DNA of 64,000 nucleotides from Lama glama (GCA_028534125.1 CM052817.1:45448001-45512000), one strand, 5' to 3'; positions 25,200 to 38,059 are shown, numbered from the stretch's first letter. Numbers and translations are program-made. Notes: generated by a model from the letters alone, not told the origin.

Positions 25200-25990
25200 A
25201 GAGTTCTTATTTCCTTCTCTTGCTCCCCTCCCTTCTACCTTCCATGAGCAAAGGAATAAGACAGACTTTGCCTTGCAGCAAACTCCAAGAGGGAGAAAGG
25301 CATGCACACAAATGACCCCAATGGGGAGGGATGCATATCCGAGAAGAGATCCAGATGATGTGATCTGTAAGTTCAGAACGGGGAGTGATAACTACTAATT
25401 GGAAGGATTTCAGAAGGCTTCAAGGAGGAGGTGGCAATGAACTGGGTTGTGAAGAATTTTTGATTTAAACGTTTGAAATAAAGGAGGAAGGCAACACACA
25501 ACATTGTAAAGTGATTATAAATCAATAAAAAATGTTAAAAAAAAAGGAGGAAGGCAACAGCTCAAAAAAGCTACAGAAAGGAATAAAATGGTGGTTGGAT
25601 AAAGGAATGAATCTTTACTTTGGTCAGATTTCTAAGAGTGTGGAGGGAACAGGGCGGCAGATTAGGGAGCAGTTTGGAAACTAGAGTGGGGATTGGGGAC
25701 TTTAGTCCATAGCAATAGGGAGCTGGTACTGATATCATCAGAACTGTGTTTCAGGAAGATTAATCCATTGACATTGGGTAGAATGGATGGGTGAGGGCAA
25801 AGGAGCAGGGAGATGGTTTGAAAGTATTGCAGTGGTCCAGGAAGAGCTATTGCTATGAGCTCAGTACTGTCAGAGGCATGAAGGGGAGTTAGAGATGAAT
25901 GGGATGCATGCTGTGGCGTTAGAATTAGTAGAAACTGGTAACTGATTAACTATAGGACCTAAGCAGGAAAGAGGAATCAAGAAGGGCTTT
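25200..25990 (+). mobile_element. L2 fragment (degenerate)
   Basis: GAAGGCTTCAAGGAGGAGGTGGCAATGAACTGGG and TATTGCAGTGGTCCAGG...GAAAGAGGAATCAA are L2-like blocks. Confidence 0.55.
25497..25542 (+). mobile_element. 46-bp L1 3' tip with perfect 17-bp TSD
   Basis: CACAACATTGTAAAGTGATTATAAATCAATAAAAAATGTTAAAAAA flanked by AAAGGAGGAAGGCAACA at 25480-25496 and 25543-25559. Confidence 0.9.
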
Positions 25991-27685
25991 TCTGCCTTTT
26001 CTCACTTGAACTTGTCTGACTCCACTTGCTCTTTAAGGATACTGGCCACTCTTGGATAAACAACTAATCTTCCAAGCGTCCCCGTGTGTGGGCTTTGCCC
26101 TCCTCCCCTCCTCCATCCCCACTCACCAGCTGTTCTGGTGTTGGTGTGAAAATCCTTCTCACCACCGCCATATACAAAGAGGTATTCTGATTTTACAACA
26201 GGCCAGGGCCGGTTTTACTGTCACAATTCCTGAGGCTTTTGCAAATCCAGGAAGGTTTTCACAGTGCATTTGCCCTGAGGGGAAAGAATCAAGCTTTCAT
26301 CAGTCTTAATGCTGGTACACGGGTTCTTAGGTCGAGCGTTTAAGAAGGGCAGAGCTTGCTTGCGGGTATTGCTAACAAAAGGCTTTGTGAGTGTGACAGT
26401 TTTCTTTTGTTCACTAAATGTCTCCTTCAGAACCACAACCAATTAGGCCCGGGGCAGCAGCTGCTCATCTGAATCGAGCTATCCTCCCAGTTCCCATTGG
26501 AGTGCCCACATTTTCTCCTGCCATCTACCATCTAGGTCTTGTTCGAGTCCACTGAGTGACAGACAATATGCCAAACACCCTTCTTCCATTGAAATGTCTC
26601 TTGTCATTGATATTCTAAACATTTTCTTTCTCTTGTCCTCTCTCTGTCTCCCTTCCTCCCTCCTTTTCTCTCACAGATATGAAGATGTGTAAATGTATCT
26701 TTTCAAACATTTTTGAGGGGTTGCTTAAAACAAAGGTGCATTCCTCAGTCCACGTTGCAGCCATGGCTCTGTGGTCTTCTTCGCTGTGGAATACAAACTG
26801 AGGAGCCACCCCAGGCTTTTTCTCGTGGCAAAGGTAAGAAAAGCAATGATGGATGGATCTAGGCAATGGCTTTCAAGTTTCTGCTCAAAGATGGCACAAT
26901 CACTTCAAAAAAGATTTTTTTCTTAAACCACCTGTAACCTGGTCCCACAGACAATGCCACATAGTGTGTTTCTTCTTACAGCAGCAGCCCATTTCTTTAT
27001 GTGTCAGCCTTTTCTAAGTTATACTGCAGTGGAAACCACCCCCACATCTTAGTGGACTGCAACAACCAAGCTCTCATTCTGGCTGCACTCCAGACCAGGA
27101 TGCCAACTCGGGGCAAAGCCGGCTCTTGGCCTGTGACTCTGCAAGTATCTTCTTCATTCTGGCTTTCAGGCGGGAGGAATAGCCCTTCTCGGAACAGAAC
27201 TTCCTGTGCATGATGTGCCAGGGCACGTTTTTCTTTTCCTCCTGCCGTCTTTCCTTATGAGATCTCCATCCCGGAACACTGCCCTGTGCCAGCCTAGGAT
27301 AATGGAAAAGGGTATTTCCCAAAGGTGAAAAGATTTAGTACCTCTGTTGGCGTGATGATGTTTTTAGTTTTGCTCTGAAAGTGAGTGATGTTAGTAGGAC
27401 AGGGTTTTTCTTGTGGATATTTTGCTTCGAGTTTGGAAGCAAGAATTTCTTTCCTCTTCATCGTCTCTACCTCCAGTGTCTCTTCCTCAATTCCCCTCCC
27501 CTTTTCCCAGAGGTGAGGGGAAAAAGAAGAATTCTAGGGGAAGGGAAGTGGGTTGAAGAGATGGAGGGGACAGTGAGGGGAGAAGAAGATCAGGGAGGGA
27601 GAGCAGAGAGGCTGGATTCTCCAGTGCTCTCCTCTGAGGGACTTGGGACCCAGGGGAATAACTAAAGAGCTCTTCGGCCCAGCCT

Positions 27686-27687
<2 letters not shown>

Positions 27688-27727
<40 letters not shown>
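27688..27727. repeat. (GT)20 microsatellite
   Basis: Perfect dinucleotide run. Confidence 0.97.
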
Positions 27728-27730
<3 letters not shown>

Positions 27731-27845
27731 GTTATCTAATAGTATGGATTCTGTTTGGAAATGGTTGTATCTTACTACTTTTCCAGCACTTAAGGGCATA
27801 GGTACATAACCCTAGTGTATTACACAGGTAAAAATAGGGCTGCTT

Positions 27846-27923
27846 ACACTATTTACAATAGCCAAGATATGGAAACAACCTAAATGTCCATCAACAAATG
27901 ACTGGATAAGAAGGTGTGGTGTG

Positions 27924-27957
<34 letters not shown>

Positions 27958-28418
27958 GGAATATTACTCAACCATAAAAAGAATGAAATAATGCCATTTG
28001 CAGCAACATGGAGGGACCTAGACATTATCATACTAAATGAAGTAAGTCAGATAAAGACAAAGATCATATGATATCACTTATATGTGGAATCTAAAAAAAA
28101 GATACAAATTATATTTACAAATAACCAAAAATAGACTCACAGACATAGAAAACAAACTATGGTTACTGAAGGGGAAAGGATGGGAGAAGGATAAATTAGA
28201 AGTTTGAGATTAACAGATACACATTGCTATATATAAAATAGATAAACAATAAGGTCCTACTCTATAGCACATGGAACCATATTCAATTTCTTGTAATAAC
28301 ATATAATGGAAAAGAATCTGTAAAAAAAATGTGTATGTATATGTATAACTGAATCACTTTGTTGTACACCTGAAACTAACATTGCAAATCAACTACACTT
28401 CAATAAAAAATTAAAGAA
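27846..28418 (+). mobile_element. 5'-truncated LINE-1 with canonical artiodactyl-type 3'UTR
   Basis: CACTATTTACAATAGCCAAGATATGGAAACAACCTAAATGTCC...ACTTCAATAAAAAA; TSD AAA(A/G)TAGGGCTGCTT at ~27830-27845 and ~28419-28434. Confidence 0.92.
27927..27955. repeat. (AC)14 microsatellite inside L1
   Basis: Perfect run within the L1 GGTGTGTATAC...AATGGAATATTACTC segment. Confidence 0.95.
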
Positions 28419-28599
28419 AAAAGTAGGGCTGCTTTGGTGGGGGATGGAGGACACTACCATCCCCCCACCCAAACACTCTGCAGAATTCTGGGACTCTGAA
28501 AAATGTAGACTGACCATCTAAAGGATAAAGCCATAATCCTGTGGTCCAAGATCACAGAACCATCAAAAGTGACTTCTAGAAAGCAAATGCTAGGGTTCT

Positions 28600-29450
28600 T
28601 TTTGCTGTTGTTGCTGTTGTTGTGGTGGCTGGGAAATGAGGTGCAGTGATAACGCCCTCCCTTGAAGACTTCCAGAAGGTGGAGGACATGTGCTCCGAGG
28701 CAAGGATGCTCTTCTACATAATTTATGCTTTGATAAAGATAAGTAATCTACAATGGGAAGATTTTGTTGTCTTGGCCTCATCTAAAGGAACTCCAGCCAT
28801 GGAAGTGGCCCAATAGACTTAGCTGGCTTGGAGGAGCCGCTGTCTGTAGAGGTGGGGGATTTGGAGAAGAAGTGGGAGATCAGTCGGGAAACTGGCTGGA
28901 GAGGAGAGAAACCGCTCTCCCCCGGCTGGTGAGCCTTCATGGCTGGTTTCCACGAAAGCGACCAGAGCTGCTGGCTTCAGCTTATTTTTCAGGACTCGTC
29001 GGCAGTGAGGAAGTGTCGTGTTTTCTTGTAAGTGGGTAGCTCTGGATCATGAACCCTGGACTTAGGAGCTGTGTGGACTCGTACTTCCTCACCTCACAGT
29101 GGTCCGTGACAAGGCGTGTGGTCTGGGAGACACAGAACTGTGGCGAGGCAGCCCCGAGGGCTGAAGAATTTGTCTTTCTTCCTGCCAGCTGCCAACTTGG
29201 GGAAGGCAGGGCTTGTTCCTTCCCTGAGTCTCCTTCAGAGAAACGTGTATTTCGTGTTTGCAGGGGGGAAAGAGAACGTTCGTTTCTCTCTCTCACGTCT
29301 GTGGAGATGTGTTAACTGGAGGGAGGAGGAGGCAGCAGCATCTTTTTATGAGGATTATTCTGGCAGCTCAGGGGCAGCATGGAATGAAGGGGATTTGCAG
29401 ATTCACTGTTGGAAGGTGCAGACATCTACGCACACTGTTCCCAGCTGAGA
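28600..29450. promoter_or_regulatory. Putative enhancer/promoter (CpG-enriched, ETS/RUNX/GATA motifs)
   Basis: About 19 CpGs counted in 28800-29300, well above the flanks; GAGGAAGT 29007-29014, ACTTCCTC 29083-29090, TGTGGT 29117-29122, AGATAAG ~28737; no recognisable repeat. Confidence 0.45.
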
Positions 29451-31345
29451 GAAAGCTAGGGCTGGCTGCTGCAAAGGTCAATGACAAATGTAAATGCATC
29501 TTTTTTCTTTTTCTTTTTTTTTAAAGATAATTTCCATAGACTTTTTTCACAAGTGTTGAATGACTTTCTGTTTCTCAGGAAAAATAGTCATTCACATTTC
29601 TATTTCTCTCTCATGAGTTATAATTATGTTGTTATAAATATGGACACTTTAAAGAGATCCTGCTGAGGAAAAAAATGGGCATTTTTTTCTTCCTGACAAT
29701 GAAGAGAAAACAGGGGTGACTGATCCCACTTAGCAATGATTTCCAACAGCAGGCTTTGCATTTGAGGTGTGTAGGAGATTCTAAGTCTGCTTAGTCATAG
29801 TTTTGAGCTATTCAAAAATAAAGAGTAACTATGGAGTTAAGAAATTGAAGAAAAGTCTCATAGTTCAAATTGGTTATAATGATTTACAGGAAGAAGTTTT
29901 ATGCAGTAGATTGGACACTTAAAAACAGAGAGGTTCCTCCCAATAAAATTGTATGGAAATGGCAAACTTGCAAGGCAGATCAAGGAGAGATGCTTTGGGT
30001 GAAGGGGGGCTGGGGGCTTAGAACCCATCTTGTTTGTCACCCTTCCTTGACTCTGGGGTGACCACTGAGGCACTTTTGTGGGGTCCCTGTAGCTCTGAGG
30101 ATTCCAGTGTGAACATAGTGGTTTGGAGAGCAGGTTTTCTTTGCATCCCAAGCCCCTGGCATTTGGTGATAGCCTCCGGGCCCTGAGGAGTGACATGAGC
30201 CATTTGGTGTTTGGGCACAGCCAGCATGAGTGAGCCCTCCTGTCCAGCACATGGGGAGCCCCGGGTTTAGGCACAGACTGGGATCTGGGAGCTGGGTGGA
30301 GATGTGGAGTGGGACCCAGCCATAGAGGCAGTCATGGAGTGAAGGGGAATGAAGACAACATCCTGCGTGAAGGACCGTTCAAGGTCCACAGGAACTGTCC
30401 AACGTCCGAAGTCCACAGCGGGGTGGCAATGATTCAAGGACAGAGTCTGAAGTGAAGGGTCTGCCCCTGAAGTCAGGTAAGATCGGACTAGGGTCTGAGA
30501 GTGGGAACAGGAGGCAGAAGGTGGATTTGGGACCTAGGGAGAAAGACTTTATGGGGTCCTGTGGTCTTGCCTGTGGGCAGGGAGGTAGCTTCAAGGGCCC
30601 TGGGGGATTTGGAGGAGGCCCTGGCTGTGGAGGGATGGGGCTTGAGCCGCCTTGTCCTACAGTCACTTGGGATCTTGAACACATTGTGAGCCAGCACCCC
30701 TGGATGCCTGTATCATGGGTCCGTCCCCCCCGTCTTCCTCTATCTCACTGAGGATGGGGATCTGGTCACAGATGGGCTTCAGAACTGACCTTTGACAAGG
30801 AGTCAAAGTAATTCCCCACTAAAACTTAGTATAGTTTAGCTCTACTGAATAGATCAAACAAAGGCATATGCTGTCCATTTGTATACCATAGATACCTGTG
30901 TAACTGCAATTTTAGTCTTTTGGCAGTTTTCTTGTATTGTCCTGATGGGGCTGTGGGTGGCACCCAACTCACAGCCTAAAGTCGTGTGCACGCAAGGACT
31001 CTCCCAAGGCTGAGGGGCCGGGGGTGCCTGCTCTGCAGCGTGAATGTGGGCACTGTCCACCTGGGCTGTGCTTGGGAGGGTCATCACCGAGGACAGCCAG
31101 AGAGGGGAGAGATGGTTGAAGGGGGAGAAACAAAAGCTTACGAATGCTCATTTTCTTTCTACTTTGGATTTATGAATTGTTTCCTTTTGTAAATGTCCTT
31201 AAAAAGCAGGCTTCTCCACTGAGGCTCAGCAGGACAGACTCCATGGCAGGTGGAAGCATTAGTCTCTGAAATGCAACCTGGTGCCACTGTGATGAGCTTT
31301 AACTTCTCTTAATGGTTTTTTAATGTGTTATTATTGATTTAGAAT

Positions 31346-31693
31346 TTCTTTTTTCTTTTTTTATTGAGGTATAGTCAGTTTATAATGTGCCAATTTCTAG
31401 TGTACAGCATAATGTTTCAGTCATACATGTACATACATATATTCCTTTTTGTATTCTTTTTTGTTGTAGATTACTACAAGATTTTGACTATAGTTCCCTG
31501 CGCTATACAAAAGAAACTTGCTGTTTTTACCTATTTTATATACAGTAGTTAGTACCCCTAAACCTTGAACTCCCAATTTATCCCTTCCCACCCCTCTCTC
31601 CCCCTGGTAACCGTATGTTTGTTTCCTATGTATGTGAGTCTGTTCGTAGCAGCACTATTTATAATAGCCAAGACATGGAAGCAGCCTCAATGT
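31346..31693 (-). mobile_element. LINE-1 3' end with short inverted 5' segment
   Basis: 31346-31644 is an antisense 3'UTR with poly(T); 31641-31693 is sense L1 (TGTTCGTAGCAGCACTATTTATAATAGCCAAGACATGGAAGCAGCC). Confidence 0.85.
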
Positions 31694-33729
31694 CGTAATG
31701 AGTTCTTTCGCCTTCCTGCTGCCTGTGGCTTACATGAAGCTGTAGAGAGAACCCTAAAAGCAGATGTCATTTTAACTTAAGACTAGAAAACACTAAATAG
31801 AATTTTAAATTTAAAGAGAAACTATACATCAGTTGGCAGATTAGAGAATGGAGGCTCAAAGCCCAGAGTCTGGTATTTCTTGTTTTTCAGGTCTGGGGCC
31901 ACCTATAGTGGCTACTTGAGGCTTCTGGGACTATTTTTCCAGGGCTACTAGGAGGGCAGAGGAGTATCTGAATAAGGAACAGATTCCTTGGACATGGAGC
32001 TGGCTCAGAGGTTTGACTGGCCCCTGACAATTTGGAGTCACATTTCTAAGACCCAAGTGCTGTAGGAAAGCTTGAGTAGAGGCCCCAAATGTCAGGGTCC
32101 CTCTGGAGTTGATTGACATAGATCTGGCTAGAGAGAACCAAGCATAATCTAAAGTCAGTTAAATTCTAGGAAACTCAGAAGGGACAGAAGTGAGCAGATA
32201 ACCCTCAGGAAATCTGGAATCCAGTTCAGACCGTGGGCCTACAAAGAGATTTGGAAAAGAATGAATCAAATTCATGTGGCAAATTGGTGGCAGGGTCAGG
32301 TTTAGAGCTCCTGGCTCTTTACTGACTCCCGGTTCAGTGATCTTTAATTTCGACAGTGCTACCCCTATCTCCAGCTGACTAATATGTGCCTAAAATTTGC
32401 CTCGTGGGAGCCGATCTCCCTTCCTTCCTTCCCTCCCTCCCTCTCTCTCTTCCTCTTTCCCCGTCTTCCTTTTTTCTTTCCTTCTACCTTCAAACATTTG
32501 GTGCTCCCTGCATGCCTGGATCTGTCATTTTTTGAAAGATGAAAATGAGTAATACTCAGTTTTGGTGACTTAAAATTGTAACTGTGTGAACGTCTCCCTC
32601 ACCCAATGATCATCATGGCCCCAGTGAGTAAATGACTGGTAGTGGCAAGGGATGGTTGGTTGTTGGAAGGAGGGAGGTAAGGGTGAGAGGGATGTGGGTA
32701 AAGGCCTGGGCAGCCACAGGTCAGAGGAGACAAGGCTGGAACCAAGATGGAGAGTGTCATGGCAGACACTGGGGACCCACGGCAGAACATTCTGCTAAGG
32801 GCTTAGTGCAAATTCAGAGAACCGTGAAGAGCAAGTGAGGGCCACAGTCCAGAGAGAAGGATGCAGCTGGAGCTGTTGGGCAAGACAGACTTGGGTCAGA
32901 GTCAAGTCTGCAGCAGCCACAGTAGTCCCTGAGCCAGAGCTGCCGTGTTGAAGAAAAACTGGCCTCATGAAAGGTTTGTATTCTCACCTGTGGCTCAATC
33001 AGATGCAGGGCCTGAATCCTCTGGGTGGAGCCTGCAGAGAAAAACAGACAGCTCATGTAGGCTGCCTCCAAGCTTTCCCTGTTGTCATGGCTACTGACTT
33101 ATTAAGGAGAAGATGTAGATGGGGTCCCAGGAAACGCATTAGTCTTGAAAAGTTGCTTTTGCCTTCTCCCCTCCGCCCTGCCTCCACCCCCGCCCTGACT
33201 GCACAAGGCAAAGAGAAATCTCTTCAGAGGCATTTTATCAGAGGAGTAATTTCAGTCCACTTACACAGGGACACAGAAGAGCAAATGCATAGGACGGTGA
33301 CATGCCCGCAATTTGAGAGCTTTGTTAAGGGAAAAAAAATATTCTACAGTGTCCTCCTTAGTAAACAGAAATGTGTACTGGTGGATGTGGTGATGAAAAA
33401 ATGCCTATCAGAGGAGAGCACTGAAAAAAGGCATTCTCTTAGAAAAGGCATCTCCTTAGGTGTGTAATCATTATTCCAGAAAAAGGAAAAGAAGGGAGAA
33501 GTATGACCCCCCAGTTTTTTGGCTGAAGTAACTGGGTAGATGGTTGTGCTGTCCCTTAGGGAGGAACAATTAAATCAGTTTGATACTATGGAAATAAAAG
33601 GACTAATTGGTGTCTTCAGTGGTTTTAGAAAATCTCCAACGTTTGTTTAGGGGTTGGGTAGACTCATTTTCCAATTTGACCTCCTTCCGCAGTTGCAGGC
33701 ACCCTCATCTCCATCAATAAGAAACAGCA

Positions 33730-33819
33730 AAAGAATATGAAAACAAATACATGTGTGTTTATGTATGATTGAAGCACCAGAAGTTGACACACTGTAACTG
33801 ACTATGCTTCAATAAAAAA
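33730..33819 (+). mobile_element. 90-bp L1 3' tip
   Basis: AAGAATATGAAAAC...ACTGTAACTGACTATGCTTCAATAAAAAAA; TSD AAGAAA(C/T)AGCA at 33719-33729 and 33820-33830. Confidence 0.85.
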
Positions 33820-36800
33820 AAGAAATAGCAGCTCTCTGGTTCTGTGAGGAGACCTACTGGGTCCCACACAAAATTCATCATACTGATCACAGATGGGGAC
33901 CCTGCCCTCTAGTTGTGTCCTCAAGTCATGTGGCCAGACAGACAAAATCAGATAAAAGAAAAAAAGACTTGCTGGAGAGTTGCATGGTTAGATCAGGTAA
34001 GGGCAGGTGGAATTTTCTCTTCCCCTTCGAGTTGACCTATGTGCCTGCCATTTACCTGTTTTCCTCAGATCCAATTCCCGTCCTTCTCTTGCTCTGCTCT
34101 GCATCACAGGGAATTATATTTCCAGATAGGTTTGGCCCATGGGAAGAACTGATAGAAGATCGTAGGGCAAGAAGAGAGGAGAAGTCAGTGATTTCTTCTC
34201 TTGTTCTGCCCTGAGTGAGGCTTATCTCCCATGAAACAGTTTCCTTCGCGATGTCCAGCTTCCGTACGGCAGCCCCAACCCTGGCCCTAAGTCTTCCAGT
34301 GGCCTATGCTTCTGGGCTCTGATGATGCCACATCCTTGTACGATTTCTCCTGCCCCAGGGTGGTAGTGGATTCCATTTCTTCTTTGCTTTCTGGGTTCTT
34401 CTATCACCTATTTAATCAATCCCATGGATTTAATTTCCTCTATTTTTAAGATCCAGAGTGGTTCCTTAAGAGGAAACTGATGGTATATATTTTGCCTGAT
34501 GGTTCCTGAAAACCTAGAAGTTAAACCATCAGCCTTTGAAACTCTGCATTTTCTGGTTCTTCTCTAGCCCTCTGACTTCATCGCCTATAACTTTCCTTCT
34601 TGCTCTCCCCTTGTCTGCCCATTAATCGTCTTTTTGTTCTATGACCAAACTCATTCCCTGTTCAGGGCATTTGCATCATTGTCTTCTCTGCCTTATAAAG
34701 TTCTACTCAGATCTACACCAAAGTTCTCATTCTTAAATCAACTGAGTGTCTAGCTTTCCAGGTCTAACTGTGAACATCTCCACTGGATTGGATAATCAAG
34801 ACTTCCCCAAATTAGCTTCTTTGCACATCCTGTTTCCAAAAAGCAAACCCACAAGCACTTATTTTTTGGAGAATCTACTAGTTGTATTTGAGAATTCTGT
34901 TAGTTTTATGGCTCCTTGGTAGCACAGACCTTTGAAGTTTACACATCAGAAGAAACTGTCAGATTTCATGCATTAACTGACCTTGCTCAGCAGTTGAGAG
35001 GAAAAGAAAATTCTATTTTGTTTTTGGCTTATAATATTTTCTGGATGTGTTGTGAAATGTCTTTGTTTTGGTTAAAATGCCTTTGGTTGGAGAACAGTAA
35101 AAACCTTTGACAAAGCTTTTTTTTTAAAAAAATAAGATGAGAAAGCTGTGATAAGAGGAGACCAGAAAGGCTCTTCTGATAGAGCATATTTTGCCCAAGG
35201 GTCTACTGTTAGATTTGCGAATGTCTGGAATAAGTCATGCTTGTAAAATGCAACTGCCCTTTGGAGAAATCCTATCATTCCTTGCTGTGCTGTTGTAAAT
35301 AGTACAATTAACTTTCTTTTTGGCTTCTGGGTAGATCAGATTCTGAGGACACTAGGAGTTTAGAGGGAGTGGTAAAGGGAAGTAGGGTTGATTTTCCAGG
35401 AAGAGGGGCTTGTCCAAAGAAGCCTGACCAGGGCATGTTGGAGTGTGTGTGCACGTGAGCACGTGCGTGTGTGTATGTGTATGTGTTTGCATGCTCTTTG
35501 ATGAGCAGGTGCCAGAAAGGGTGGTGGGCAGAAATCATGGCTTTTCTTTCACCTTTTTTCCCATGTCTGTCTCTAGAGGATGGTGTCCTCTCTAGAGAAC
35601 TGAACATTCTGGTCCTTGGAGGATATGTTTTATTTTATTGCCTCTTGTCCTTCTACACTAGACAGAAATTCCACTTTGGCAATCCTTAACTTTGATAAAG
35701 AGAAGAACAACTTCCTGGAATGAATAGAATTAGGGTTTCTCACCTTGTTTACACATTCCTATGAACATTTATGTACATTAATACAGTAATTTCCTCAAGT
35801 GGTTGAGTGTTAATGAACCATTAATAATAAATATTCAAATCTCATTCCTGAGTTTACAGGTGTTGGTGGGAAGAGTCAAGGGCTAACCTAGTTGTCTAAG
35901 AAAAAAATCCTGATTCTGGTATATCTGATATGTACACGTTTGTGTACTGTCTTCCATCTTGGGAAATCAAGATGCTATGCTGTCAGCAAACACCAGACAA
36001 GATGGCTATCTCAATATCCAGCTTGCTTACGTTGGGGAAGAAACAGCTGTTCATAAAGCAATTTATATGCAACAGGTGCACCGTGGCTCTAACTAATGGA
36101 CGTGAAAGGTACAGTGGAGATAATCTGTAGAATGCCATTCTGCCATTGTCTCCTGGACCACCCAAGATTTCTAAAGAAAAATGCCATTTATAAATCATTG
36201 AAATTTTTTTTTACCTGCTTAATGGCCATTTGCTTCATTTTCTGGACCTAGGCAATGATTTACAGCCAGCCAGCAATCAAGACTGTATTTTTATTTTTCT
36301 TACCCCTTGTGTAATAACTGGATGGAGAATGGAGAAGAGGCTTATACATTTTTGGTATTTATCCTCCTTGTTGAATTAATGCATTTCATATAATTGTTTA
36401 TTTTTGATATACTGGAGACTCATTATGGTGATTAAAGAGGGATGACAAATGGCAGTTTAGCCGTATAGCTGACAAATACCCTGTGACGTGAGGGAGCCAG
36501 CACAAGCACAAAACGCCAACATGCCAAGAATGGTGGAATAAAGGATGTGTTAAGCCTGCATCCTTGGTATTGTTGAACCACTGCACTGACCTGGACTATA
36601 TTTTTCCAGATTTCATATTGTGGTCATTAAATGTCTGTTGCTTACACTTTGCTGGTTGAGGTTGTTCCTTTCAGCCAAAGGCATTCTTAGCTGATCTGCT
36701 ATCTCAGACTGAGTTCCTCGCTTCCCGCCTGCTCTCCTGTTCTGCTCCTCTTCTGTTCCCTTAGTTAATGGCATCCACCAATCGCCCAAGTCAGAATCTT

Positions 36801-38059
36801 GGGGATCTTCCTCAACTCCTTTCTCTTATTCACCTACCTCCTTGAATATAGGGATTATTTCTTGCTCATCCTTTTTCTCTCTCATCCCTAGTACGATTCC
36901 TGGTACACAGAAGTCACTCAAAGTTATGTGTGTTGAAATAAATTAAATAAGGTTGACTAGAATTTAATGTCATGGATTTGTACACAGATACCGAGTAAAG
37001 TGAATAGGAAAAGCTTGGGGGATACTTTATTTAATAGGCTATGGTGAGTTTTGTTAAACCAGGCTTGCCCCTTACCATAGAATATTTTTCTAATGACTAA
37101 ACTTCATTTGCCCCTTTGATTATGTTTTTCACCTACAACAATGTTGGATGAGCACTGTCATATTTTCCTTCTTGGACCCTTGTTTTAGATTTGTCCATGT
37201 TGAAATTCCTCTCCCATGACATTTTTGCTCCATCAATCAATACTATTGATTGTCACAGTTAGTGTTGCTCTTCCTACCTTTGTCCTGGCAGACATTCTGC
37301 GTCTGTATGAGGGCTTCTGCTGATGTCTGCTCTCTTCTCTTACACTGGTGGATTGTATTAATCTTATTTTCAGAATCTTGGGTAACTGCTCTGCCTTTCT
37401 ATATACAGGGTGAGGATAGGATGACAAGTGAAGGGGTTCACAATCTGGTGGGGAATTGGAGAGAATACCAGATTTGAAGTGGAAAAAAAACCCTTGGGGT
37501 TTGTGTAGCAGCAGTTCCTATATGTATGATTTTAATGTCAACAAATCCATCAATTTTGTTTTCTTACATTTCAACGGGAAGCCGAGTTACAACTATCCCA
37601 TTCACATCACAAGACTGTTGTGAGAATCAAGAGTGCTGCACGTGTAAGGTTAACGCCATGTGTGTGTTCTAGGATGTGATGACTTGTACTTGAACCACAA
37701 AGACTGAGCAAGTTTGGTTATTGTAGAAGGGGAGACAATGGGTTCCCCAATGGGAGAAAGGTTGGGCAAACAAGAAATAAACTTCCCAAAGAGCTGGCTT
37801 ATAGAACCCAGGCATATTGTGAGATTTCTTATGCTTGAGAAAAGTTGCCAGTTTACTATTTTCTATATGATGTAGGAGAAGTTACTGGAAAAAGGGATGG
37901 GAGGACAAATTGTTTCCAGGGATATAAAAACCCTTGACAGAGATCCGAGTCCTGTTTAACTTTTCCCAGGATGGCCACACTTAGCTCCGAACCTCAGACT
38001 CCAAGGAGGGCTCCAAGCCAGACCTCAGGTAGAGTAATTAGAACTGAAGTGGGACCCTT

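Noticed and set aside
26757..26801. Strong Kozak GCAGCCATGG
   Set aside because: Stop codon after 12 codons.
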